64,000 bases of DNA, from positions 1-64,000 of the forward strand of contig JAGXNO010000017.1 in the NCBI GenBank assembly GCA_019894975.1, given 5' to 3'. The position numbers were made by a program, and so were the translations under genes. This DNA is from Promethearchaeota archaeon. GTDB taxonomy: Archaea > Asgardarchaeota > Lokiarchaeia > Sigyniarchaeales > SOKP01. Position 1 is the stretch's first letter; every line of letters begins with the position of its first letter. Below, in pieces: positions 42,669 to 51,588 of this stretch. The notes beneath the pieces are model-generated. The model saw only the letters and a program-made list of their open reading frames with translations. It did not search any database and was not told the origin of the DNA.

Positions 42669-42982
42669 GGGAAATGTGATTGTTATAATACGAGAAAAAT
42701 ATCAGAATAATATAAGAAAGTAATATGAAGATAATATCTGAATTTTTAAATAATAAAGATCACTCCAGGTTTTCATATAATCATTAATTAGGTTTATTAT
42801 TTATAAGAATTAGAACACTCTCTGAGGAAGAAACCTTTTTATTGAAGATAAAAGGATGATAACTCGAGAGCATTTCATAATTCAAAAATGTATTCTATTT
42901 TTTCGTCTGAAATAAAAGATATATTGCGTTAGGAAAGATTTATAAGCCCAAATTTCCATGAATATCAAGTAGGAGTACAAAT

Positions 42983-43222
42983 ATGGAAATTGGCAACACT
43001 AAAAATGGCAGCAGAGCGTCGATAGATGGCTCAGAAGGTGACAATTTAATTAAGGTCAGGGCGGTCATTTCCTGTCCAAATAATGATTACAAGAAGAAGT
43101 TCAGAAATCAATTTTCAAGGAAGGAGATAGAAATGATGATTGTCAGTTTTAAAGTTTTCGATTGGCTTACATGTAATAAATGTGGAGAACTATTAAAGTT
43201 AGATCTAGAGTTTAACATCTAA
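42983..43222 (+). CDS. Small Zn-ribbon-like protein divergent from ftsZ
   Basis: AGGAG RBS; CPNN...CNKCGE. Confidence 0.6.
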   Translation: MEIGNTKNGSRASIDGSEGDNLIKVRAVISCPNNDYKKKFRNQFSRKEIEMMIVSFKVFDWLTCNKCGELLKLDLEFNI

Positions 43223-43228
43223 AATATC

Positions 43229-43251
43229 AAGAGGATCTGTTTGCTCCTCTT
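43229..43251. terminator. Hairpin between convergent genes
   Basis: AAGAGGA-N9-TCCTCTT. Confidence 0.45.
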
Positions 43252-43303
43252 ATAATTACTTATTTCTGGTTAAGAAATTAACTTTTAAGATTTTATTTCA
43301 ATC

Positions 43304-44614
43304 TTAAATTGCTAGATTAATTTGCCCGTATGTACCACCACCACCGGGGATGTATTCAATTTCGTTATTTCTAAGCGCATTTATAACTGAAGCAATTGTT
43401 GGATCAAATTCTTCTATTTTATTTATTGGAATATCTATTAAAATTTCGAATTCTTTTCCAAGTTCTTGAATTATTTTGTTATAAGTATTTAAAACAGTTT
43501 TACTGGTAGAACTTTTTATTCCTTTTACAGAACGGATAATATCTATTAGTGGTATTGCATCTACATATTTTGGTCGATGGTTTGGGTGTTTTGTTTCTTC
43601 AAATGTAGAAATATTTTCAATTCTTTCACTTACTCCCAACTTAACTTTGAAATTTTTTTTTAATTCTTCTTTACAGGCTGGGCAGACCATTTTGTTTTTA
43701 GCAACTTGATTAATATATTGTTTCTTTGCTGTGTTAGGGTCGTTAGAATAGTATATCACAAAAGTTCCTGATGTTGAATATTGATTAAAAATAGAAGACT
43801 CTGTTTTTTTAGCTTTCTTAAAGATTATTCTTCTACGACATCTATTACAGAACATATTATAGTACTTCCCTAGTTTTGGATTTAATCCTACATTTAAAGT
43901 AATTTTTCTATTATCTTTCCTCATTAGAGCTAATAATAGTTCCTCAAAAGAAGGATTATCCATATCGAAATTATTGAATTCACGTCCTAAAGACCGAGGA
44001 TCTTGTGAATGAGCATCACTATTACTCAAGAATGTTATATTTTTTAAAGATTCGAGCTTATCTGCTAGATTGGTATTTGCGGATAATCCTAATTCTAAAA
44101 AATACACTTTTTTAACTGTATCCTGATAGCAATCCTTTAAAGTCTCGAACTTTCCTTGACGAAAAATAGCTTTAAAGGGTGTGAATGCATGAGCAGGACC
44201 AATAATACCCCCAGAACCAGATATAGTGTCAACCAATTCGGGAGGAGACAAATTCACTCGAGGTCTTCCACCCCATTCATCTAATATATTTTTTGAGTAT
44301 GGTTTTAATTTTTTTTGAATTTCTTTAACTGAATTAAAATCAGGAAATAATACTACATGATGTATACTTTCTAGATCTTCTATTTCCGTCTGAAGAATGA
44401 AAAACACATCTTTATATGAGAGTGAGCCATCTTTTTCCTTTACCAAATTACTTTCCATGTATTTAAGCCATTCAGGTTGTAAAATATCACCAGTACCAAG
44501 GATTTTGAGCCCTTTCTTTTTACAAGTCTCCAACATTGTGTCTAAGTTTAATGATTTTGATACTGCAATTGAATGGGGGCTATGTATGTGTAGATCAGCA
44601 CTAAAAATATCCAT
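43304..44614 (-). CDS. PHP-domain endonuclease Q-like (TIGR00375-type) protein
   Basis: ADLHIHS, GTGD, PAHAFTP, ELGLS, NSDAHS, LGREFN, GKY, GVSERI, PGGGGTYG. Confidence 0.85.
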   Translation of the reverse strand: MDIFSADLHIHSPHSIAVSKSLNLDTMLETCKKKGLKILGTGDILQPEWLKYMESNLVKEKDGSLSYKDVFFILQTEIEDLESIHHVVLFPDFNSVKEIQKKLKPYSKNILDEWGGRPRVNLSPPELVDTISGSGGIIGPAHAFTPFKAIFRQGKFETLKDCYQDTVKKVYFLELGLSANTNLADKLESLKNITFLSNSDAHSQDPRSLGREFNNFDMDNPSFEELLLALMRKDNRKITLNVGLNPKLGKYYNMFCNRCRRRIIFKKAKKTESSIFNQYSTSGTFVIYYSNDPNTAKKQYINQVAKNKMVCPACKEELKKNFKVKLGVSERIENISTFEETKHPNHRPKYVDAIPLIDIIRSVKGIKSSTSKTVLNTYNKIIQELGKEFEILIDIPINKIEEFDPTIASVINALRNNEIEYIPGGGGTYGQINLAI

Positions 44615-44673
44615 CAGTTGTTATAAACCATAATTCAATAAAAAGATTTTAATAACGTGTTAATTATTTTGCC

Positions 44674-45729
44674 TTAATTTAAAATTAGCATCTTGTCTAT
44701 AGTTTGGTCAGTCAACAAAATATGGTAATACTCTAAACTATTTTTATAATTAACTTTTTCTAATTTTCCTTCAACTAAAACCATCTCCCCTTCCCTAGCA
44801 TGTTCACAAAATCGTGCTCGGTAAGAATTCACTTCTAGAATATCTTTTAATTCAATCCTATTTGAACTGAGTTTTTTATCTAAGACTTTCAGAGGTTCAA
44901 TTTTGTAAGAACAAGGAGTAAATATTGAATCCTTGGAATCAATAATTAAAGCTTTTATTCTAATTCTCCCTAAGTTTGTGTAGTTGTAATCATAATAATT
45001 ACCTTTCCAGTCATTAGGACTTTTTATATATCGAATAAAATAACCTATACCATGGAATTTACCTTGATGGAGTTTTCTTTGCTCACTCTTCATAAAATTT
45101 TCAAATGTTATGTCAGATCCACCAACTCTCCAACTGAAATGGGATTTGAATTCTGTCATATTGTATTTTCTGAGTTCACTCATCCCCCCCACTAGAGTAG
45201 GAAGTTTTTCCTGGAAATCATGACTATTTTCTGTCCCATAAAGAATAATATCAATATCTGAGCCCTTTTTATCCAGATCAACCATTGTAGAACCAGTGAT
45301 TCCTATTAAATCCTGAGGTATTCCCCCCTTATCAATAAGAAACTCACATAAACTTTTGGATCGGAGTTCTAACTTAGAAAGATTTTTCTTTTCTTTCAAG
45401 TTCTGTAAGTATTCTCGAGGAGTATAAATCTTTTTAATGTCTTGATTCATAACACCTTGTACTTCGAGATCAAGTTCTTTAGAAAAAAAAAGATACTTAG
45501 GATATTTAGTTCTGAGTAAAGAATAGCGATCATCTAAATTGTATATTTTGCTATATTTAATTCCCTCTTTTATTCTATCTCCATTGGGATCTGGATAAAA
45601 TCTTAAGAAACATATCTTTCTATCATTTGGATGCAAGAGACCTTTTACGTCAAAAATTAGATTGGATTCCTTAGTTTCTATATAGTCTCCTTCAATACCT
45701 TCAATTATATTCATAAAATTCACAATCAA
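44674..45729 (-). CDS. Predicted archaeal Pol-beta-superfamily nucleotidyltransferase
   Basis: GITGS...SDIDIILYG; C-terminal OB-like GEMVLVEGKLE. Confidence 0.75.
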   Translation of the reverse strand: MIVNFMNIIEGIEGDYIETKESNLIFDVKGLLHPNDRKICFLRFYPDPNGDRIKEGIKYSKIYNLDDRYSLLRTKYPKYLFFSKELDLEVQGVMNQDIKKIYTPREYLQNLKEKKNLSKLELRSKSLCEFLIDKGGIPQDLIGITGSTMVDLDKKGSDIDIILYGTENSHDFQEKLPTLVGGMSELRKYNMTEFKSHFSWRVGGSDITFENFMKSEQRKLHQGKFHGIGYFIRYIKSPNDWKGNYYDYNYTNLGRIRIKALIIDSKDSIFTPCSYKIEPLKVLDKKLSSNRIELKDILEVNSYRARFCEHAREGEMVLVEGKLEKVNYKNSLEYYHILLTDQTIDKMLILN

Positions 45730-45739
45730 AATTTAATAA

Positions 45740-46852
45740 TTAGTAGTTTGAAGGTGTTTTTGATTTGATTTTATGTTTTGGGATAGTTTTAACCTTCCTT
45801 AATTCTTTTTCAAAATCCCTTTTTTCTCTTAAAAATCTTTGTATATCTTTTTCTAACTTTTCTCTTTCTCGCCTTATATTATTTTTTTCATTCTCCAGCG
45901 AAGATTTTTCTTTTGCGATTTGTCTATAATCATCATTTAATTTTCTAAGTTTTTCCTCTAAATTTGGTATTTTATGTGTTAGAGAGTACTTATCTTCGGC
46001 TCGTGGGATCTTTCTTTCTAATTCTTTATATCTTGCATCTTGTTGTCTATTTCTTCTATCTAAATCATTAGAGTCTTTATCTATTTTATCTCTAATTTTT
46101 TTTAATTCTACCTTTTTCTTATCAATTTCACGCGTTTTTAAATCTAAATCCTGTTTTTTATACCTTGTCTTTTCTCTCTCTTCTTTTAATCTTCTCTTTT
46201 CGTCAGATATTCTATTTTTTTCATCAGTAATTTCCCTTTTTAGGTTATCTCTTTCTTTAGATAAATTTTTCACTTCATTCCTTGAATCCATTAATTTATC
46301 TTCTAAATCGTTAATAGTTCTCTCTAAAGCACTTTCTCTTCTTTCCATACCAGGAAGTTTTGTTTTAATATTCTTTAACCGATTCTCTGTGCTTTCTTTT
46401 TCTCTTTCTAAAGAGCTCTTTTCGTTTCTTATATCTCCACGCATGGTATCTAATTTTTCCTGGAATTTTGTTAGTTGAGCATTTTTTTCATTTAGTTCTT
46501 CATTTTTTCTCCTAAATTTTTCTCTTAATTGGCTTTCCTTCAATGCTAAATCATTTTTTTGTTGCTCCATATCATTATTAGCTTTTTTTAAGTCATTTCG
46601 TACCATATCCCGTTTTTCAACAAGATTTTTGACTTCATTTTCTAAGTTCTTCCTTTTCAATTCAAGGTTCTTGATATTATCATTATAATTTTCAATTTGA
46701 TTAACCACTTTTTCCCATTCGTTCTTTTCTTTATCTAACGCAATTCTCTCTTTTTTTATTTTTTTTAATAATTTTTTATCTGGGGAAAGATCTACTTCTT
46801 CATCCGGTGTTTTTTCTCGAATCTGATGTTTGGGAATAGGTTTTTCATCCAT
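45740..46852 (-). CDS. Long charged coiled-coil protein with matching head and tail motifs
   Basis: About 330 aa of K/E/R-rich heptads; IPKHQIREKTP at N-terminus and IPKHKIKSKTP at C-terminus. Confidence 0.8.
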   Translation of the reverse strand: MDEKPIPKHQIREKTPDEEVDLSPDKKLLKKIKKERIALDKEKNEWEKVVNQIENYNDNIKNLELKRKNLENEVKNLVEKRDMVRNDLKKANNDMEQQKNDLALKESQLREKFRRKNEELNEKNAQLTKFQEKLDTMRGDIRNEKSSLEREKESTENRLKNIKTKLPGMERRESALERTINDLEDKLMDSRNEVKNLSKERDNLKREITDEKNRISDEKRRLKEEREKTRYKKQDLDLKTREIDKKKVELKKIRDKIDKDSNDLDRRNRQQDARYKELERKIPRAEDKYSLTHKIPNLEEKLRKLNDDYRQIAKEKSSLENEKNNIRREREKLEKDIQRFLREKRDFEKELRKVKTIPKHKIKSKTPSNY

Positions 46853-47063
46853 AGATGTTCAACTATTATCTAATTTTGTTAATAATTTCATATGAATAGT
46901 GACTCTAAAGTGTTTGTAATTTGAAATACTACTATCTACGTTTCTGTTTACAGTTAATTCTATTTATATAGTTTAATTCACATTATTCTCATGTAGTTAA
47001 CATTTAAAAAATTAATGAAAGGAAATTAAGAATTTAACTATTTATCAAAACGGTGTTTATTAA

Positions 47064-47453
47064 ATGGAATTTGATGATGAATTTGACGAAGACCTAGAAT
47101 TTGATGAAGATTTGGAAGAAGAAATTAATGAAACTGAAGAGAAAGATTTGACTTCAAAAACTCCTGAAGATAAAGGTGCACCTGAAGGGAAAAAAATATC
47201 CGTCTATTTCATGAGCACGATCGGCCCGGGTGAGAAAAAACAAAAACTACTCATAAATTCAGAAAATCTTGTGGGAGATATTAAAGAAACAGTTGCAAAT
47301 TTATTTGGTTTAGATCCCGCAGATTTCTACTTAAGTTCTGGTGGTGTAACAATGGATGAACAGAACCCCATGAAAGAGTATTATGTTGATGATGGGGATG
47401 ACATACTTTTAATCCCTGCTAGTATTGCGGGGATAATTACTTACAGAAAATAA
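47064..47453 (+). CDS. Ubiquitin-like (UFM1-like) modifier with acidic N-terminal extension and apparent C-terminal propeptide
   Basis: Beta-grasp pattern ISVYFMSTIGPGEKK...DGDDILLIPASIAG-IITYRK. Confidence 0.85.
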   Translation: MEFDDEFDEDLEFDEDLEEEINETEEKDLTSKTPEDKGAPEGKKISVYFMSTIGPGEKKQKLLINSENLVGDIKETVANLFGLDPADFYLSSGGVTMDEQNPMKEYYVDDGDDILLIPASIAGIITYRK

Positions 47454-47483
47454 TCAGATTTTGTAGTAATTTAACCTATTTTT

Positions 47484-48278
47484 TTAAGATTTCTGTTTTC
47501 TTGAGGGAATTAAAGCAATTTCATCATCATCATCAATTTCATAATCATCTATTTGGGATTCGGAATGTAATAAAATCCCACCTGAAGATAAATGAAAATC
47601 GTCTTGCTTATAATTAAATAATATTCCAATCCTTTTTTTAACAGTAGTAATCGAGTCTTTCACATCAACAATAACTATCTTAGTTTTCTCACCAGGTTCA
47701 ACTAAGGATCTTACATATACACGCAGCTGGTCTTTCATTTCAAAAGTATTCATAGGAGGGTTGTAAATAATCTCCTCATCAGTTTTATATTGATTATTTA
47801 ACATGTTATCGATTAAAGTTTTTCTCTCATCAGTGTCAAAATATAGCATTTCTTGAATAAACTGTATCTTTTCTATTTTGGATATATCTAATTGATTTAT
47901 CTTATCTAATTCTTCTTGACTAAAAATAGAAAAGATAAATTTATTAATTAATGGAGAATCTTTGTAGGATTCTTCAGATTCCACATATTTTTCTATTAAA
48001 GGCATAGCATTAAAATAATCTTCAAAAATATCTACTGCATTTTTTTGAATAGATTTAGGTTTTGGCAAAATTTTCTTTTCTCTTATTTTATCAAACGGAG
48101 AACCAGTTGATTGGATTACAGTATAGATTGTACTTGTGGATAATACTGCTACGCTTCCAATATTGAGAGCAAGAAATAAATAAGAGTTTTCTATACGAAA
48201 TAGGAAAAAAGCCATATATAAAAGGATAAAACTGAAATATAGAGCGATGAGACCAATTAACCTATTTTTCTTCCTCAT
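47484..48278 (-). CDS. Membrane-anchored protein with C-terminal Ubl domain of the same family (no terminal Gly)
   Basis: Two N-terminal TM helices; LRVYVRSLVEPGEKTK...FHLSSGG...DDDEIALIPSRKQKS. Confidence 0.85.
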   Translation of the reverse strand: MRKKNRLIGLIALYFSFILLYMAFFLFRIENSYLFLALNIGSVAVLSTSTIYTVIQSTGSPFDKIREKKILPKPKSIQKNAVDIFEDYFNAMPLIEKYVESEESYKDSPLINKFIFSIFSQEELDKINQLDISKIEKIQFIQEMLYFDTDERKTLIDNMLNNQYKTDEEIIYNPPMNTFEMKDQLRVYVRSLVEPGEKTKIVIVDVKDSITTVKKRIGILFNYKQDDFHLSSGGILLHSESQIDDYEIDDDDEIALIPSRKQKS

Positions 48279-48363
48279 GATTTTTTGATTAGATTATTTT
48301 CTAAATTTCTAATATCTAAATTAAAATATAAATTGCTTTGGAATAAAATTGGAGTTTTAATAT

Positions 48364-49035
48364 TCATTCACCTTGGATTGATTTTAACACCTTAGAATAT
48401 TGTTCTAAGTCTAATTTAAATCCATTTCTACCATTTACTTTTTCAATTTTTATCAATTTCAGGTTTTTCAATATATCTAAATATTTTTTAACAGTACTAT
48501 GATTTTTTTTTAATCCATCTGCTATTTCAGTAATTTTGAATGCCTTATTTTCTTCTTTCATAAACGTGATAATGGTTTGGACGAGATCTTTATTCAAATA
48601 ATAGTGAAACTTATCAAACTTTGGATTTGAATCAAATTTGAAGAAAATTCTATGATTATTGAGTTTTTCTGATCTAACAAATTGAAATTTTTCTAAGCAG
48701 GATAGATGCCATAATGCTTGATTACTTCCAATTTTTAGAACTCTCATTATTTCATTAATATTAGAGGGTTTACGATTAATATAATTAAAGATTTCATTCC
48801 TAGTTGGATTTTCAATTATATTATTTTTCATTAATCGAGTTCCAGGAATAATGACTCGTTTTTTTATTAGTGATTTTATTATCAGTTCGATTTTATTTCT
48901 ATTTATATTAGGATTCAATCTTACTCTATTAGAAACAAATTCAATTATATCATTAATTGAAAAAAAGGTCTTTTTTGTTAAATATTCCTTTACTATACTA
49001 AATACGACAGATTCTAGATCTTCCAGAGATTTCAT
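48364..49035 (-). CDS. Tandem winged-helix protein (probable transcription regulator)
   Basis: NPTRNEIFNYI...ALWHLSCLE and ITEIADGLKKNHSTVKKYLDIL. Confidence 0.75.
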   Translation of the reverse strand: MKSLEDLESVVFSIVKEYLTKKTFFSINDIIEFVSNRVRLNPNINRNKIELIIKSLIKKRVIIPGTRLMKNNIIENPTRNEIFNYINRKPSNINEIMRVLKIGSNQALWHLSCLEKFQFVRSEKLNNHRIFFKFDSNPKFDKFHYYLNKDLVQTIITFMKEENKAFKITEIADGLKKNHSTVKKYLDILKNLKLIKIEKVNGRNGFKLDLEQYSKVLKSIQGE

Positions 49036-49313
49036 AGTTTTAAATTCATATCAGGGTTGATTTGCTTGCTTTTCTAGCTTAAAATTCTCTCTAAATCAAT
49101 AAATTATCTTTGATATATATTTATAGACATTCATATAATTTATAATATAATTTCTTAAGATGGGAATAAGCTTTTTTCTTAGTCAAAATTTCTATTAAAA
49201 AAACTTCAAAATCATTCCAATGGGTTTTATTATATCTTTTTATTGTGATTTAATTAAAATATAAAAAATAATAAATCATAAAATTAAAAATAAAAAAAAT
49301 GGAAGTGATATGA

Positions 49314-49649
49314 ATGAGTTTTGAAGATAAATTTGATGAGGATTTAGTTGGGGAGGAACCTGTTAAATCTAAGACTCCTATGTCTAAAATCCCTTCAGCA
49401 GGAAAGAAAATAACATTATATTTCATGTCAACTATTGGTCCTGGTGAAAAAAAGGAGAAATTAACTGTGAATGATGGAAATTGTGTTGACGATTTAAAGC
49501 AAACGTTAGGAAATTTATATGGATTGGATCCTAACGACTTTCACTTATCATCTGGTGGAGTAACTATGGATGAAAATAGTGCACTAAAAGAATATCATGT
49601 GAATGATGGGGATGATATTCTTTTGATCCCTGCGAGTACAGCGGGGTAA
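49314..49649 (+). CDS. Ubiquitin-like (UFM1-like) modifier, mature form ending in -STAG
   Basis: Beta-grasp pattern, free C-terminal Gly, directly upstream of E1-E2. Confidence 0.9.
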   Translation: MSFEDKFDEDLVGEEPVKSKTPMSKIPSAGKKITLYFMSTIGPGEKKEKLTVNDGNCVDDLKQTLGNLYGLDPNDFHLSSGGVTMDENSALKEYHVNDGDDILLIPASTAG

Positions 49650-49681
49650 CCTTATATAACTTTCTTCATAAAATATAATAT

Positions 49682-49720
49682 AAGGGCGTTTAGCCCTTTA
49701 CCTTTTTTTATTTTTTTTAT
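49682..49720 (+). terminator. GC hairpin plus T-tract between Ubl and E1
   Basis: AAGGGC-GTTTA-GCCCTT followed by T7 and T8 runs. Confidence 0.65.
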
Positions 49721-49728
49721 TAATAGTA

Positions 49729-50964
49729 ATGGTGATAATAATGGATAGGGGTTCAGATTTTTTCGGTAAAGAATTATCAGTTGAAGAGAGAAATCTTTAT
49801 GATCGTCAATTTCGTCTAGAGGGGTGGTCTCAGAAATTGGTAAAAAATTCGAGAGTTTTAATAGCAGGAGTAGGCGGATTAGGTTGTGAAATTGCTAAAA
49901 ACTTAGCTATGCTCGGAGTTGGTTATATTGATCTTGTTGATTTAGATATAATTGAACACTCTAATTTAAATCGCCAAATTCTTTTCACGGGGGCAAAAAT
50001 TGGTGAGGCTAAAGCAGTTGTTGCCGCTAGAAAATTACGAGATATTAATCCTAACATCATTGTTAAAGGGTATCACACTTCCTTAGAGCGGTTGAATCCG
50101 GCAATTTATAAAGCTGCCGACGTTATCATAGGAGGTCTTGATTCCATGAATGCACGTTTAAATTTAAATGCTCAATGTATTAGGTTTAAAAAACCTCTTG
50201 TAGATGGAGGGGTATCTGGTTATCATGGTCATGTATACACAATCTTTCCTTATCAAAATGCCTGTTATGAATGTAATCCATTACCTGTCGGTGAAGATGA
50301 TGAAATGGCTGCTTGTACCGTTGTAGGAATCCCCAGAAAAAGAATTCATTGTGTCTTCAAAGGGGATATGGCATTTAAAGAGAAATTTGACAGAGATCCA
50401 AATCCAAAGAATTTAAAGGATATTAAATTTATTCAAAAGATTGCGAATGATTTAGTTACCAAACATAATTTTTTACCTGAATACACAGAAGATGATATTG
50501 TAAAAATTATTGATAGACACGATCCTGGGATAATAACCATCAATGCAGTTATTTCCGCATTACAGTCCCATGAAGCTATAAAAATTCTTCACTGGAGAAA
50601 AAAACATAGTGGATTAGGAGAACCTATTCAAAGTTATATAATTTTCAATGGAATAACAATGAAATTCTATCATATTGAAAAACAGAGAAATCCAGAATGT
50701 TCTCAATGTGGTAAACATGTTCGAAGAGTTTCAATTAAATTAAGATCTCAATCCCCCTGTAGTAAAATAATTGAGATCTTAGAGAAAAATGGATTCAAAT
50801 TAGATCCAGATTCTGAACCAATCCTTACTTTATTAGATTTCAATGATATAAAAATTGTAGATTTAGAACAAAACCCGGATGAAAATAATTTAAGAAATTA
50901 TGATTTAATTACAGCTGCGGGGTTTACAGCCGGAGAAATCTTCATAACTTTAAAATTGATGTAA
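49729..50964 (+). CDS. Ubl-activating enzyme E1 (Uba2/Uba3-like architecture)
   Basis: YDRQ, GVGGLGCE, SNLNRQ, GLDS, Zn pairs CYEC and CSQC, catalytic ACTVVGIPRKRIHC, ~80-aa C-terminal domain. Confidence 0.92.
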   Translation: MVIIMDRGSDFFGKELSVEERNLYDRQFRLEGWSQKLVKNSRVLIAGVGGLGCEIAKNLAMLGVGYIDLVDLDIIEHSNLNRQILFTGAKIGEAKAVVAARKLRDINPNIIVKGYHTSLERLNPAIYKAADVIIGGLDSMNARLNLNAQCIRFKKPLVDGGVSGYHGHVYTIFPYQNACYECNPLPVGEDDEMAACTVVGIPRKRIHCVFKGDMAFKEKFDRDPNPKNLKDIKFIQKIANDLVTKHNFLPEYTEDDIVKIIDRHDPGIITINAVISALQSHEAIKILHWRKKHSGLGEPIQSYIIFNGITMKFYHIEKQRNPECSQCGKHVRRVSIKLRSQSPCSKIIEILEKNGFKLDPDSEPILTLLDFNDIKIVDLEQNPDENNLRNYDLITAAGFTAGEIFITLKLM

Positions 50965-51052
50965 TTATTTAACCAAAAATCATATTAAATGATATAAAAC
51001 AAAATAAAATTAAAAAAAATCATAAACAGAAGATAAAGAAGAGGTATAAAAA

Positions 51053-51580
51053 ATGAGTATAAGAAGTAGTCGTATTTCGCAAGATTTTGCGGGATTGAAA
51101 AAAATGCTTAAAGAAGGTACTCTTGTTCAATTAAAACCATTTAATCCAAAAAAGAAGAGTATTGACCATTTAGCTTTAGCGATTAAAGGGCCTAGAAGTA
51201 CAGCATATGCAGGTGGTGTCTTTAAATTGGAAATGAAATTTCCTACTCAGTATCCTAAAAAACCACCCTTTGTAAGATTGCATACTCCTATATGGCATCC
51301 AAATTTTTGGCCAAAACCTACTGAATATAAAGGACAGAGAAATATATGCTTAGCATTAGTAGATCCTTCCTTGATTGGTAATAAAGGAGGTTGGAGTCCA
51401 ACGAAAACTGCTGTAACTGTTGTTCAGGCTATAATTGCAATGTTAAATACCCGTGGTAAATATGTTAATCCCACAGACGTTTTTAATAAAAAAGCTGCAA
51501 TTGAAATGATGAAAAACCCAAAGTTTTTTGAGAAAAAGGTTAAAAACCTAGTGAAAAAATATGCGAATAAAAAGTGGTGA
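51053..51580 (+). CDS. Ubl-conjugating enzyme E2
   Basis: IKGP..TAYAGGVF, YPKKPP, WHPN, ICL catalytic Cys, WSP. Confidence 0.93.
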   Translation: MSIRSSRISQDFAGLKKMLKEGTLVQLKPFNPKKKSIDHLALAIKGPRSTAYAGGVFKLEMKFPTQYPKKPPFVRLHTPIWHPNFWPKPTEYKGQRNICLALVDPSLIGNKGGWSPTKTAVTVVQAIIAMLNTRGKYVNPTDVFNKKAAIEMMKNPKFFEKKVKNLVKKYANKKW

Positions 51581-51588
51581 TTTCCTAA

